NCBI GenBank assembly: GCA_963724765.1
Contig: CAVRVY010000003.1
Location: forward strand, 1,024,001-1,088,000
DNA: 64,000 nucleotides
Reading direction: 5' to 3'
Origin: an uncultured delta proteobacterium
Lineage (GTDB): Bacteria; Desulfobacterota; Binatia; Binatales; Binataceae
The position numbers and the translations under genes are program-made. The notes under the pieces are model-generated. The model had not been told where the DNA came from and searched no databases. It saw nothing but the letters and a program-made list of their open reading frames with translations. Positions 47,617 to 61,829 of this stretch are shown here, piece by piece. Position 1 is the first letter of the stretch; each line of letters starts with the position of its first letter.

Positions 47617-48039
47617 CTAGTGCGACGGCGCGCGGCGGGATTCGGCGACGTCGTGGCGCGCCCGCAGCACCATCACCGATTGCTTCTCGTCATCGTAATT
47701 TGAATCGAACACGCTCATCTGCGACAGCCGTTCCTCGGCGGTGCGCAATTCGGTCTCGTCGATGGGCGCGACCTTCTCGGGCGGCTCCGCGGTTTGCGCG
47801 AGCGCCGTCATCACGCCGTCCTTGACCTCGACCAGTCCACCCGTGACCAGGTACTCCAGCGTCTGCCCCTCAGCGGTCCGGATCGTCAGCAGGCCCGGCA
47901 CCAGCGAGGTGATGTAGTTGGTGTGGTCGGCGAGCACGCCGAACTCGCCGAGCGGATTGACCGCGTTTACCTGTTCGGCCTGACCGTCGAACAGCACGCC
48001 GGTCGGCGTCACAAGCTTGAATGCGAACGTCGTCGCCAT
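47617..48039 (-). CDS. atpC: ATP synthase F1 epsilon subunit
   Basis: LVTPTG, GEFGVLADH, VTGGLVEV. Confidence 0.93.
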   Translation of the reverse strand: MATTFAFKLVTPTGVLFDGQAEQVNAVNPLGEFGVLADHTNYITSLVPGLLTIRTAEGQTLEYLVTGGLVEVKDGVMTALAQTAEPPEKVAPIDETELRTAEERLSQMSVFDSNYDDEKQSVMVLRARHDVAESRRAPSH

Positions 48040-48093
48040 CGCGATTCGCTACCCGTCCCGATTCCCTGGCATGCCGCTTGGGCGCCGGCGCGC

Positions 48094-50441
<2,348 letters not shown>

Positions 50442-50463
50442 CCTTGCTTACTGCGCGTGGCGG

Positions 50464-52017
<1,554 letters not shown>

Positions 52018-52040
52018 GGCAGTTGGTTTTTTGGGCCGCC

Positions 52041-52577
52041 TCAGCCCACCAGCCGGCGCTCGGCTTCGCTAAGCCGCGTGGCCAGGCTGCCGTCGTAGAT
52101 TTTTCCCTCCAGCTCGGCTACGACGCCGCCGAGCAACGCTTGGTCTACCTTCACGGTCGCGATCACGGTCTTGCGCACCATCGCTTCGAGCCCGCGCACC
52201 ACGGCCTCGGTGTCCTCCGACTTCGGCTCGCGCGCGAAAGTCAGCGTGGCGCGCGCCCGGCCGAGCAGCACGTCGAGCTGGTCCTGATAGGACTGGGAGA
52301 CCGCGATCAGGTCGGCGATCCGCCCATGGCGCGCCACCACCACCGCCAGCGAGCGCAGCGGATAGCTCAAATCCAGCCGCTCGGCGATCTTCGCCATCGC
52401 TTCGATCCGCGCCTCATGCGAGACCTCGGGCGAGGCCAGGCGCAAGGCGATTTCAGGCGCATCCGCGATCCGCGCCAGACGCTCGAGCTCGGTGCCCCAG
52501 GTCTCCAACTGGCCGTGATCTTCGGACAGCCCGAGCAGGGCACGCGCGTAACGCTTGGCTACTCGCGTACCTTTCAC
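52041..52577 (-). CDS. atpH: ATP synthase F1 delta subunit
   Basis: [22 protein letters not shown]. Confidence 0.93.
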   Translation of the reverse strand: MKGTRVAKRYARALLGLSEDHGQLETWGTELERLARIADAPEIALRLASPEVSHEARIEAMAKIAERLDLSYPLRSLAVVVARHGRIADLIAVSQSYQDQLDVLLGRARATLTFAREPKSEDTEAVVRGLEAMVRKTVIATVKVDQALLGGVVAELEGKIYDGSLATRLSEAERRLVG

Positions 52578-53224
52578 CGATGCGCCTCTTGCGCGAGCTT
52601 TTCCTCGAAGCCGCGGAGCAGGCGCGCCTGGTCATCGTCGTTGAAGCTCTTGACCATCAGGTCGCGTGCGAGGCGCCCGGTAGTTTCGGCGAGCATCGCG
52701 CGGACGTGGCGCTGCGCGGACTCGGTTATCGCGGCACCGGTGAGCTCGGTGTCGCGGACGATGCGTAGCGCGGTTTCGCGCGCGATCTCGCGGATCCGAT
52801 TGGCCATGTAGGCCGTTTCGGCGTCGAGGTCAGCGCGGAGCTGTTGCTTTTCGGCCTCGAGTTTCGACATCCGCTCGGCCGCGCGATTGGCCAGGTCCTG
52901 CGCTTGCTTATAAACCCCCTCGGCGCGGGCTAAGGTGTCCCTGATACTGCTCGCGCGGTCGGCAAAAAATTTGCGCGCCGCGGGACCCGCGTAGTGCACG
53001 AGAAGCCATACGAAGATGGCGAAGTTGATGACGTAGAAAAGCAGTGAGAGCCACGAGCCGGTTTCGGCCGCCTCGCCGCCGCCGCCCTCGGCGCACCATC
53101 CCGCGGTGGGCAGGAGCAAGACGGCGCAGGTCAATACTGTAGCGCCTATAGCGCCGCACTTTTTCGCGATGACGCTCCGCTTGGCGATCAAGCTGCGCTT
53201 TATGCTGATCACGCTATGTTGCAT
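52574..53224 (-). CDS. atpF: ATP synthase F0 subunit b
   Basis: N-terminal extension, INFAIFVWLL transmembrane segment, charged coiled coil; operon position. Confidence 0.85.
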   Translation of the reverse strand: MQHSVISIKRSLIAKRSVIAKKCGAIGATVLTCAVLLLPTAGWCAEGGGGEAAETGSWLSLLFYVINFAIFVWLLVHYAGPAARKFFADRASSIRDTLARAEGVYKQAQDLANRAAERMSKLEAEKQQLRADLDAETAYMANRIREIARETALRIVRDTELTGAAITESAQRHVRAMLAETTGRLARDLMVKSFNDDDQARLLRGFEEKLAQEAHR

Positions 53225-53227
53225 CGG

Positions 53228-53698
53228 TTAGTTGTTCGATGTCCCTTGTGCGCCTTGCGCGTCGCCGTCAACCGGACGGCCCAGAACACGCCCCGCGAGC
53301 TCCACGGCGAGAACCCGGCTGAGCCGCTCGAGTTCGCGCTCGCCTGCGCGCAGTTCATCTTCAATTCCGGCTCTGACACGCTCCAGGGCGCTGTGAGCCT
53401 CGGTCTTGGCCTCCTCGATCAATCGTGCGGCGTCCGCCTCGGCCTTGCGTCGCTCGGCCTCACGCATGGCCAGCGCCTCGCGCCGCAACTCCACCAGTTG
53501 ACGGTCGCGCTCCTGGCCAGCAGCTTTCTCCTCTTTGAGCAGTTGCTCCGCGCGCGCGCTCAGGTCCTTGAGCTTGTTCTCGCGGTCGCTGAGCAACTTG
53601 AGGAAAGGGCCGAAAAAAAGTCGATCGAATATAAACCAGAAAACAAGGAATGACACAATCAGGGTGGAGAAAATTCCCCAGTCGGGCGGAATGTGCAT
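53228..53698 (-). CDS. ATP synthase F0 subunit b'
   Basis: Start MHIPPDW at 53698; transmembrane segment followed by LFFGPFLKLLSDRE and a coiled coil. Confidence 0.83.
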   Translation of the reverse strand: MHIPPDWGIFSTLIVSFLVFWFIFDRLFFGPFLKLLSDRENKLKDLSARAEQLLKEEKAAGQERDRQLVELRREALAMREAERRKAEADAARLIEEAKTEAHSALERVRAGIEDELRAGERELERLSRVLAVELAGRVLGRPVDGDAQGAQGTSNN

Positions 53699-53826
53699 TT
53701 TACGGCGTCTCCCGTGCGGGATGGATACGGTTTTGACCGGCGCGCAAGACCGCTGTAGGCGGGCTACCGAGCGCCGGAGGCTGGCTGTCGGGCCGGACGG
53801 ACCGGACGTACCAGAGTTGTGGGCTG

Positions 53827-54372
53827 TCAGGCCTGCTTCTGACCTCCGGCCTGCGCCACCATGCGCTCCTCCTTGGGAAACACGGTGACCTTTCGATCCT
53901 CGCGCGCAGCCTCGGGCTGCATCGCACAATGGCCCTCGAAAACGGCGCCTTCGTGCACCACCAGCACGGGCGCGGTCAGGTTGCCTACGACCTTGGCCGA
54001 GGGGCGAATTTCGATCCGCTGACCGGCGGTGATATCGCCGCTGACCTTGCCCGCCACGATGATCGAGGCCGCCTTGATTTGCGCCGTCACTACGGCGCTC
54101 TCGCCAATCATGACGCTATCCTTGGCGATGATTTCGCCGTCAACCTGGCCGTCGATCCGTGCGGGCCCCTCGAAACTGAGCTTGCCGCTCACTTTCGAGC
54201 CTTGATCCAGATAGGCGCGCGCCTCCAACGGAGCCGCCGCATTCTGGCGTGGCGGGGCTATCCGGCCCTCGGGCGCGGGCGATGGCGGCGGTATCGGCAC
54301 GGCCTGCGGCTGCGGCCTCACGGCCGGGTCGGGTCGAACGTTCTTTTCCGGTTCCTTATTGAAAAGCGCCAT
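53827..54372 (-). CDS. Bactofilin (polymer-forming cytoskeletal protein)
   Basis: YLDQGSKVSGKLSFEGPARIDGQVDGEI...VHEGAVFEGHCAM beta-helix. Confidence 0.92.
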   Translation of the reverse strand: MALFNKEPEKNVRPDPAVRPQPQAVPIPPPSPAPEGRIAPPRQNAAAPLEARAYLDQGSKVSGKLSFEGPARIDGQVDGEIIAKDSVMIGESAVVTAQIKAASIIVAGKVSGDITAGQRIEIRPSAKVVGNLTAPVLVVHEGAVFEGHCAMQPEAAREDRKVTVFPKEERMVAQAGGQKQA

Positions 54373-54738
54373 TTCACCACTCCCTCGAGGGCCCAGCCCA
54401 AGGCCGCACGGTCCACAGTTTAGGCTTCGCTCATAGCCAATACAAATGACGGAGTCAATCCGTTCCGCCGGCTGCGATTCCCGGCAACTCAACAATGGCT
54501 GATATCGGCTAGCGCTGGCAACCCGTCTATCTCTATCTGGGTTGTCTATCCGGACTGGCCCAGGCCTCCGGAGGGCGGATCCCACGAGGATCCTTTTGCA
54601 GCATCCTTTTGGCGGCAGCCCTTTGAGGAACGCAAATTCTTGGGGCTTGCGGCGCTTATCGTAAGGATTGCCCCGATGCTATGCTGGCAGCGGTAATCTG
54701 ACGTTTAATTCGACATCGCTCCAACCAATGAGGAAGCC

Positions 54739-55140
54739 ATGGCAGCAATTCCGCAGCAGTATCTCGATCTCCTATCACCCAGCAAAAAAGCCTTCGCACA
54801 TCTCGCGACCCTGATGAAGGACGGCTCGCCCCAGGTGACGCCGGTGTGGTTGGACTTTACCGACGGGATGATCCGCGTGAACACGGCACGCGGCCGCGTG
54901 AAGGACCGCAACCTGAAAGTTGGCTCGCGCGTCGCACTCTCGATCGCGGATCCCGACAACCCGTACCGTTACGTGCAGATTCGCGGCAAGGTCGTGAAGG
55001 AAACCGAGCAGGGCGCCGACGCCCATATCGATTCGCTGGCCAAGAAGTACATGGGCGTTGACTCCTATCCCTACCGCAATGCCGCCGAGAAGCGCGTGAT
55101 CTACTATATCGAGCCAGTCTCGGGACAGGGCATGAATTAA
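54739..55140 (+). CDS. PPOX-class probable F420-dependent oxidoreductase
   Basis: AHLATLMKDGSPQVTPVW, NTARGRVKDRN, NPYRYVQIRG, HIDSLAKKY. Confidence 0.9.
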   Translation: MAAIPQQYLDLLSPSKKAFAHLATLMKDGSPQVTPVWLDFTDGMIRVNTARGRVKDRNLKVGSRVALSIADPDNPYRYVQIRGKVVKETEQGADAHIDSLAKKYMGVDSYPYRNAAEKRVIYYIEPVSGQGMN

Positions 55141-55280
55141 CAGATTGGGTCGATTCGATCTGGTCGATTCGATTTGGTCAATGATAGGCCGGGATCGGCG
55201 GTAACCGCGCCGCCGATCCGCGGTGCTCGCGCGCGGCCGGCGGGCAGCGGTGGCTCGATTGGGCGCGCCCGGCGCCGCGC

Positions 55281-55490
55281 TCAGTGCACCGTGCGCTTGT
55301 CTTCCTGCTGAATCGTGCTGCCGCAGGTCGATCCGCAGTGCGGACAGACGTACTCGTACTTGTCGCCCTCGGGCAGGATCAGCAATAGGCGCTTGCGCAC
55401 CGCGACCGCGCGCTTGCACTTGGGACAAGCGAGCAGCGATGCTTCCATCCGCTCGAAGGCCGGCCTGCGTTGGTCTCTGGTTCCCGGCAT
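55281..55490 (-). CDS. Small zinc-ribbon protein
   Basis: CPKC...VRKRLLLILPEGDKYEYVCPHCG; 69 aa from ATG at 55490. Confidence 0.72.
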   Translation of the reverse strand: MPGTRDQRRPAFERMEASLLACPKCKRAVAVRKRLLLILPEGDKYEYVCPHCGSTCGSTIQQEDKRTVH

Positions 55491-55576
55491 CGCTAACCAG
55501 AATAGCGAGGCTGCACGCGGCGCGGCAACCGTTGCGCGCGATAACCGGCGGCGTCGGCCCGAGCCATTTCGCGCCG

Positions 55577-56314
55577 TCACTTCGCGTCGTGAAAAATGAT
55601 CCCGAGGGTTAGGCGGCGGCCGTGACGCACCCGGCTCACCCCGTGGCGCATCGTCACCCGATAGTGCCCGCGGCTGCCGGCGATCGGCCGCTCGCTGGTC
55701 GCGAACAGGATCGCCTCGCCCTGCTGCAGTGCGACGGCTTCGCCGCGGCTCTGCGCGCGCGGCCGGTTCTCGACCAGCAGAAATTCGCCGCCGCTGAAAT
55801 CGATCCCGTCGCGGCTGAGCAGGCAGGTGAGCTGGATGGGAAAGGCGACTTCGCCATAGAGGTCCTGGTGCAGACAGTTGTAACCGCCCGCCTCGTAACG
55901 GAGCAGCAGCGGCGTCGGCTTGGTCTGGCCGGCGCGCCGGCAAATCTCCAGGAAGCGCTCTAGTTGCGCCGGATAGGTCTCGTCAAGTCCCATCGCGCGA
56001 CGCCATCGGTTGGCGATCGGTGCGAGATGCGGATAAATCGCCGCGCGCATCGCGGCAACCAGCGGCGGCAGCGGCGGCGCGAAATACTGGTACTCGCCCA
56101 CGCCGAAGCGCACCCGTTCCATCACGACCCGCGAACGAAAGCGCTCGCGCTCGTCGTACATCGCCGAAAGCTCGGAGCACTGCGGGGGCGCGAGCAGGGC
56201 GGGAATCGTCGCGTAACCGCGCTCGTCGAGCGATCGCGCGATCGCGGTCCACTCCAGCGCCGCCAGCCGCCGCTCGAATTCGGCCGTCAGCGCCGGGGGC
56301 GCCGCGCCGGTCAT
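55577..56314 (-). CDS. 2OG-Fe(II) oxygenase (DUF2086-like)
   Basis: FRSRVVM..FGVGEYQYF, PTPLLLRY, NCLHQDLYG, RHGVS, LGIIFHDA. Confidence 0.88.
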   Translation of the reverse strand: MTGAAPPALTAEFERRLAALEWTAIARSLDERGYATIPALLAPPQCSELSAMYDERERFRSRVVMERVRFGVGEYQYFAPPLPPLVAAMRAAIYPHLAPIANRWRRAMGLDETYPAQLERFLEICRRAGQTKPTPLLLRYEAGGYNCLHQDLYGEVAFPIQLTCLLSRDGIDFSGGEFLLVENRPRAQSRGEAVALQQGEAILFATSERPIAGSRGHYRVTMRHGVSRVRHGRRLTLGIIFHDAK

Positions 56315-56500
56315 TTTCGATGGGAGTTTTGTTCTCACGAAGTCCGCGTCTACTGCTGCCCGTCCGACCATAATATAAGCTTCAACCCCGTGCCCGCGCC
56401 GGCGTGAATCCGATTCGTCGGGTTATGACCCGGGTCCTGACAAGATCAATACAGCCCTGATATCCTAAGTGGCCGCGCCGAAGAGTGAGAGAGTTATAGG

Positions 56501-57844
56501 GTGGACGAATCCGCACAGCACGACGCTTCGCCGCCGCGCGTCTTTATCGAGACCTACGGCTGCCAGATGAACGTCGCCGATTCCGAGTTGGTCGGCGGGG
56601 TGCTGCGCCGCGCCGGCTACGCCGCCGCCGCCCGTCCCGAAGACGCCGACGTCATCCTGCTCAACACCTGCGCGATTCGCGAGCATGCCGAGGAGCGCGT
56701 GCTGCGACGCCTGAGCGAGCTTGCGCGGTTCAAGCGTGCCCGCCCGGAACTGCGGCTGGGATTGCTGGGATGCATGGCGCAACACAATCGCGCCGCGCTG
56801 GTCGAGAAAGCGCCGTGGCTCGACCTGGTCGCCGGGCCTGACAGCTACCGCCGCCTGCCGGAACTGCTCGGCCGCTCCCGGCTCGACCCGGCGCGGAAGG
56901 CGGCCAAAATCGACGTGCGCCTGGACCGCGCCGAGACTTACGCCGAAATCGCACCCGCGCACGGGGCCGGCGTGCGCGCGTTCGTCACCGCGATGCGCGG
57001 ATGCGATCGGTTCTGCGCATTTTGCGTGGTGCCGTATGTGCGCGGACGCGAGCGCAGCGTGCCGCCCGAGGCGATCCTGGCCGACATCCGCGGCCTCGCC
57101 GCGCGCGGCGCGCGGGAAATCGTGCTGCTGGGACAGACGGTCAACGCCTACCGCCACGGCGACACCGACTTTGGCCGCCTGCTGCACCTGGTCGCGGAGG
57201 TCGACGGAGTCGAGCGCATACGCTTCACCTCGCCCCATCCGTCGGACATGAGCAACTCGGTTATCGAGGCGATGGCGACCGAGCCGAAAATACAGCCGTC
57301 GCTTCATCTGCCGGTACAGTCAGGATCGGACCGGATACTGGCCGCGATGGAACGCGGATACACCGTGGACGAGTACCTTGGCCTGGTCGAGCGGATGCGC
57401 GCGGCGATACCGGCGATCGCGCTCTCGACCGACATCATCGTCGGCTTCCATGGCGAGGAAGAGGCGGATTTTCGCGCCACGCTCGAGTTAATGGCGGCGC
57501 TGCGCTACGACTCGGCCTTCAGCTTCAAGTATTCGTTGCGCGAGAACACGCGCGCGTTCAAGCTCGGCGACACGGTCAGCGAAGAGGAGAAGGGTCGGCG
57601 GCTGGCCGAGGTGATCGCGCTACAGGAACGCGTATCGGCGGAGCGCAACCGCGCGCTCGCCGGACAGCGTTTCGCGGTGCTGGTCGAGGGCCGTGCGCGC
57701 CGTGGCGGCGGGATGCTGGCCGGGAAGACGCCGCAATTCAAGACCGCGGTGTTTCCCGCCGCCGATTCGATAAGCCCCGGCGATATCGTGACGGTGCGCG
57801 TGGACTCCGCAACCGCGCATACGTTGCACTGCGCGCTGGTTTAG
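56501..57844 (+). CDS. miaB: tRNA (i6A37) methylthiotransferase MiaB
   Basis: TYGCQMN, NTCAIRE, GCDRFCAFCVVPYVRGRERS, C-terminal TRAM domain. Confidence 0.95.
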   Translation: MDESAQHDASPPRVFIETYGCQMNVADSELVGGVLRRAGYAAAARPEDADVILLNTCAIREHAEERVLRRLSELARFKRARPELRLGLLGCMAQHNRAALVEKAPWLDLVAGPDSYRRLPELLGRSRLDPARKAAKIDVRLDRAETYAEIAPAHGAGVRAFVTAMRGCDRFCAFCVVPYVRGRERSVPPEAILADIRGLAARGAREIVLLGQTVNAYRHGDTDFGRLLHLVAEVDGVERIRFTSPHPSDMSNSVIEAMATEPKIQPSLHLPVQSGSDRILAAMERGYTVDEYLGLVERMRAAIPAIALSTDIIVGFHGEEEADFRATLELMAALRYDSAFSFKYSLRENTRAFKLGDTVSEEEKGRRLAEVIALQERVSAERNRALAGQRFAVLVEGRARRGGGMLAGKTPQFKTAVFPAADSISPGDIVTVRVDSATAHTLHCALV

Positions 57845-58011
57845 CCCCGCCTTCCAGGCCAGCGCTGACTCAGGGGCTGAACGAAATGATGAGTTGGTCA
57901 AGCGGGAGGGCCCTGGTCACCGCCTGCCACCGATCAGCAATAGCGATAGAACTCCCAAAAGGAAGCTGATGTTGCGAGCCGGCGCTGAAATCATGCGCTA
58001 CCCGAGCATTC

Positions 58012-58782
58012 TCAAATGAGCGATCTTCCCTGGGCGCCGTCCACCGGCAGGCACGCGCCCGTGATCCAGCTTGCCCGCGGCGATGCGAGGCATACCACCG
58101 CGTAGGCAACCTCCTCCGGACGGCCGAGCCGGCCGGCCGGGAATTCGTGGCTAAGGAAGTCCTTCTCGAACGCTGGATTGGCCTTGAAAGCCTTCTCCCA
58201 GGTGCCGCCGGGGTAAAGGATCGATCCCGGCGCGACCGTGTTGACCCGGATTCCCTTGGGCGCCAATTCGCGCGAGAGCATCTTGGTGAACGAGATCATC
58301 GCCGCCTTGGAAGCGTTGTAGGTCAGCGGGCCGCCCGCTTCGCGGCCATAAATCGAACTGATGTTGATGATCGCGCTGCTGCCCCGCTGCTCCATCAGCG
58401 GCGCGCACAGTCGCGCAAGCCGCACCGCCGAGAAAAAGTTAAGCTCGAAGGCCGCCTGCCACGCCGCCTCGTCGAGGTCCTTAAGCGCACCCATCCGCGC
58501 GCCGCCCGCGTTGTTGATTAGCACGTCGACCCCGCCCGTCCGCCTGGCCACGCCCTCGACCCATCGCTGGGCCGCCGCCGGATCGGCCACGTCGACCGCC
58601 TCGGCATCGACCTCGTATCCCTTGGCGCGCAACTCGGCTGCCGTCTTCTCCAGCGCTTCGGCCCCGCGCGCACAGAGGCTCAGCCGCGCACCCTCGGCGC
58701 CTAACGCCTCGGCCATCGCCCGCCCCAATCCCCGGCTGGCGCCGGTTATCATCACGACCTTGTTTCCGAGACCCAAATCCAT
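58012..58782 (-). CDS. SDR-family oxidoreductase
   Basis: TGASRGLG, NNAG, YNASK. Confidence 0.92.
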   Translation of the reverse strand: MDLGLGNKVVMITGASRGLGRAMAEALGAEGARLSLCARGAEALEKTAAELRAKGYEVDAEAVDVADPAAAQRWVEGVARRTGGVDVLINNAGGARMGALKDLDEAAWQAAFELNFFSAVRLARLCAPLMEQRGSSAIINISSIYGREAGGPLTYNASKAAMISFTKMLSRELAPKGIRVNTVAPGSILYPGGTWEKAFKANPAFEKDFLSHEFPAGRLGRPEEVAYAVVCLASPRASWITGACLPVDGAQGRSLI

Positions 58783-59001
58783 CGCTTATCCTCCTTTTGC
58801 GCTTATGATCCCGGGCGTCCCTTGCCGAGCGTCCATTGATGCCAGGCGTGCCTGGTGTCGTCCCGCCCGGACGCCCCGGCGTTGGCGCGGCCATGCGCGT
58901 TTCCCTACGTTTGGGGGTATCATCTAGCAAAGCGGCCGGTGCTTTACACATGCTGGCCGATGGGCGACACGGGATGCTCCCAATCGGGCCGAAATCGTGG
59001 G

Positions 59002-59030
59002 TTGACAGGCCCAAGGGGCGGACCTAAGCT
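59002..59030 (+). promoter_or_regulatory. Sigma70-type promoter of rpsU
   Basis: TTGACA-17 bp-TAAGCT. Confidence 0.65.
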
Positions 59031-59064
59031 CCAAGGTCTTGATTTGAAAGGCAACTGGAGGTCT

Positions 59065-59262
59065 ATGGAAATCAGGGTTGAAGGCTCTCTTGACCAGGCG
59101 ATGCGGGTGCTCAAGCGCAAGCTCGCCAAGGAGGGAGTGTTCAAGGAAATGAAGAAGCGGGCTTTTTACGAGAAGCCCAGTGTCCGCCGCAAGCGCAAGC
59201 GCTCCGAAGCTCAACGCCGCCGCCGCAAAGAACAGCGCCGCCGTCGCGCCTCCGCTCTCTAA
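59065..59262 (+). CDS. rpsU: 30S ribosomal protein S21
   Basis: RBS GGAGG; MEIRV..LDQAMRVLKRK...FYEKPSVRRKRK. Confidence 0.95.
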   Translation: MEIRVEGSLDQAMRVLKRKLAKEGVFKEMKKRAFYEKPSVRRKRKRSEAQRRRRKEQRRRRASAL

Positions 59263-59465
59263 GCGCTCAACCGACCAGCGTTATCCCGCGTGCCGTCGGC
59301 TTCACAAAGTCTGACGCCGCGCGCTGCTGCGTCGCCACTGATGCAGACCGCCGATAATCGCTTCGGCCGAAGACTCAGGCCGATAGGCCCTGCAGAGCGC
59401 TCAGCGTTTTTTTCACGCGGAGTATTTAGTGATTCCATAGAATTTGTCGAATTTTACGTTCTCAC

Positions 59466-61157
59466 TCAATTTGGGGGCGGCGGCGTGCTTTGATCGAGAT
59501 CATCGGCTGCCTTAAACTCCCGGCTTGCCTGCGCATCTTGACCAGTCCTTAAGAGAGCTATGCCCAAGTAGTGGTGGGCGGTCGCGAAGTTGGGGTTGAG
59601 CCGGATGGCTTCCCTGCACTCGGCGATTGCGGCAAAGTACTGACCTTTATGGATAAGGATGTTGCACAAGGTAGAGTGGGCCATGGCGGAGTAGGGGACG
59701 AGACTGATGGTGTCCCTGTATTCGGCGATTGCAGCACCGTACTGGCCCTTCCCGGCAAGAGCGGTACCAAGATCAGAATGGGCCATGGCGGCCACGGCTG
59801 GGTCGGGTTTGAGGCCGAGGGCCTCTCTGCACTCGGTGATCGCGGCATCGTACTGACCCTTCTTGTAAAGGGCACCGCCCAACTTATAGTGGGCAAGAGC
59901 CCAGTTGGGTTTGAGCCGGATGGCCTGTTGGTATTCGACGATTCTGGCATCGTGCTGGCCCTCGTGGTCAAGGGAAGTACCTAAGTTAAAATGCGCCTCG
60001 GCTAGGTGCGGGTCGAGCCGGATGGCCTCTCTGCACTCGGCGATCGCGGCCTCGTACTGACCCTTCTCGTCGAGGGCAGCGCAAAGAGCGGAGTGGGCCA
60101 CGGCGAGCTCAGGTTTGAGCCGGAGTGCCTCCTTGGACTCGGTGATCGATGCATCGTACTGGTCCATTTTCCCGAAGGTATTAGCCAGGTTAAGGTGGGC
60201 CTCGACTAGATTGGGTTTGAGCCGGATGGCCTTCTGGTCTTCGGCGATTGCGGCATCGTAATTGCCTTTTTGCGTAAGAGCGATACCTAGATTAAGGTGG
60301 GCGACGGCCAGATCGGAGTTAAGCCGGAGGGCCTCCTTGAACTCAACAATTCCTTGGTTTGCGTTTCCAGACAAAAGAAGATAGTTGCCGCGTAGGAAAT
60401 GCATCGCCGACCGACTCGAAGCGGACTCTGGCAGCTTGGGCGACTTAAGAAGGTCACCAAGGACCTGCGCTGCTTTGTCATAGGACTGGCGCTGGGCCAG
60501 GACAAGAGCCAACATAGTTTCCGCGAATAGGGTAACCTCATCGGGAAGTATCAGCTGATCAAGATTGGCAAGTTGATCGTTCTGGAATTTTCCAAGACTA
60601 AGTTCAGACGCGGGGCTTACCACTGTCAGCCAAGGTTCTTGAGTGTGTTCCACAACGAAGGGCCTCAAAACAAAAGAAGCTCGAAGCCAATGGCCAATTT
60701 TGAGCGCTTCAGCTTGCTGAGCATCATCATCCGGGGGCAGCGGCCGCTCGATCAGGCGTACCTTCACGAGTCTTCGCAACTGCTCGCTGTTGCTGCTTTT
60801 GATCTCAAGACGTAAAGCATTTTCGTAGGCGGTTTGTTGTTCGCGATTTTCTTGGTCGGGTACTTCGGCCACCAGTATTCCGATTTCGCCCCGGGCGAAG
60901 GCATACGGCAGACCCACGTATCTATAAGTTAGCCATGCGAGCGGCGCTAGAGTTATGACGCTCACTAAGTACGCTGCAAAATAAACTCCTACCCAGCGGC
61001 GGAGGGATCCAGACCAGCCAGGAGTCCATAAGTAGTTCGCGTACCGCCATGCCACTATTGCTGAAATTCCGAGCACGAGGATCAGAAACAAATATGGATA
61101 TTCAAAAAAGAGGCCGCCAAACGTAGCCATCAACTCGATTAGATCTTTCAAGACCAA
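59466..61157 (-). CDS. Membrane-anchored TPR-repeat protein
   Basis: Two N-terminal hydrophobic helices, a middle domain, then about 9 TPR units (A.AH.NLG..L..KGQYDAAI.E.REAIRL.P); lower GC than the flanks. Confidence 0.85.
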   Translation of the reverse strand: MVLKDLIELMATFGGLFFEYPYLFLILVLGISAIVAWRYANYLWTPGWSGSLRRWVGVYFAAYLVSVITLAPLAWLTYRYVGLPYAFARGEIGILVAEVPDQENREQQTAYENALRLEIKSSNSEQLRRLVKVRLIERPLPPDDDAQQAEALKIGHWLRASFVLRPFVVEHTQEPWLTVVSPASELSLGKFQNDQLANLDQLILPDEVTLFAETMLALVLAQRQSYDKAAQVLGDLLKSPKLPESASSRSAMHFLRGNYLLLSGNANQGIVEFKEALRLNSDLAVAHLNLGIALTQKGNYDAAIAEDQKAIRLKPNLVEAHLNLANTFGKMDQYDASITESKEALRLKPELAVAHSALCAALDEKGQYEAAIAECREAIRLDPHLAEAHFNLGTSLDHEGQHDARIVEYQQAIRLKPNWALAHYKLGGALYKKGQYDAAITECREALGLKPDPAVAAMAHSDLGTALAGKGQYGAAIAEYRDTISLVPYSAMAHSTLCNILIHKGQYFAAIAECREAIRLNPNFATAHHYLGIALLRTGQDAQASREFKAADDLDQSTPPPPN

Positions 61158-61161
61158 TTGG

Positions 61162-61536
61162 TCACCTTTTTAAAGCAATAACTGCCGTCCCTGCGAACGG
61201 CGGTCGGGGGCTGCCGCTACGCACAGGTCCAGCATAGCCAGTCCTCCGATCATGTGCCGTCCAACAGGCCGCGACGGTCCAGGTCGCCAAACTGAGCCAC
61301 AGACCCGGCCTGTTGCCACAAAGCTTGCCAAGGCGAACCGCCATGTCTGCGGTACTGACGGACTCGCCGGCCAGCACGTGATGTAGGGTCTGGCGGCTCA
61401 CCCCAAGCAGCGTCGCGATCTCCCCGATCGTCCGTCGCGTGCGAAGTTCCGGCATGACGGTGTGCGCAAAGATCACCCCCGGATGAGTCGGGGGCCGCGT
61501 GATCTTACTGCGATCAACGATATACTCCTCGCTCAT
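61162..61536 (-). pseudogene. HigA/VapI-type HTH antitoxin, C-terminally degenerate and with no adjacent toxin
   Basis: PPTHPG...IATLLGVSRQTL....G...TADMAVRLGKLCGN.PGLWL; similarity is lost after WLSL, where Q...DL would be expected. Confidence 0.6.
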
Positions 61537-61829
61537 GATTAACTGGTCTCCCTAGGCGGAAAATCGATCACAAGCCCTTACGACGATCCCGTGTGGAGAT
61601 TGCACTCTGCCACGATCGTATGAGCTAACTGCCTGATCCTCTCCTGAGCCTTGGTGGCGGGGCGCCATAAGTGCTTGGAGGTGTAGGTGCCTCCGGTCTC
61701 GCCAGCCTCGTAAATGTGATCGCGAGGCCCGGAGCTCGGGCCGCAAACCGTCGCGCTGCGGTTCCTGTGGACAACCGTGATCAGCGTCCCAATAGATTTC
61801 TTGAACGACGCCAAGACCGACTATAGTAT

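Noticed and set aside
59466-60420. Regularly spaced DNA repeats as a CRISPR array
   Set aside because: The ~102-bp period encodes in-frame TPR units; no unique spacers and no cas genes.
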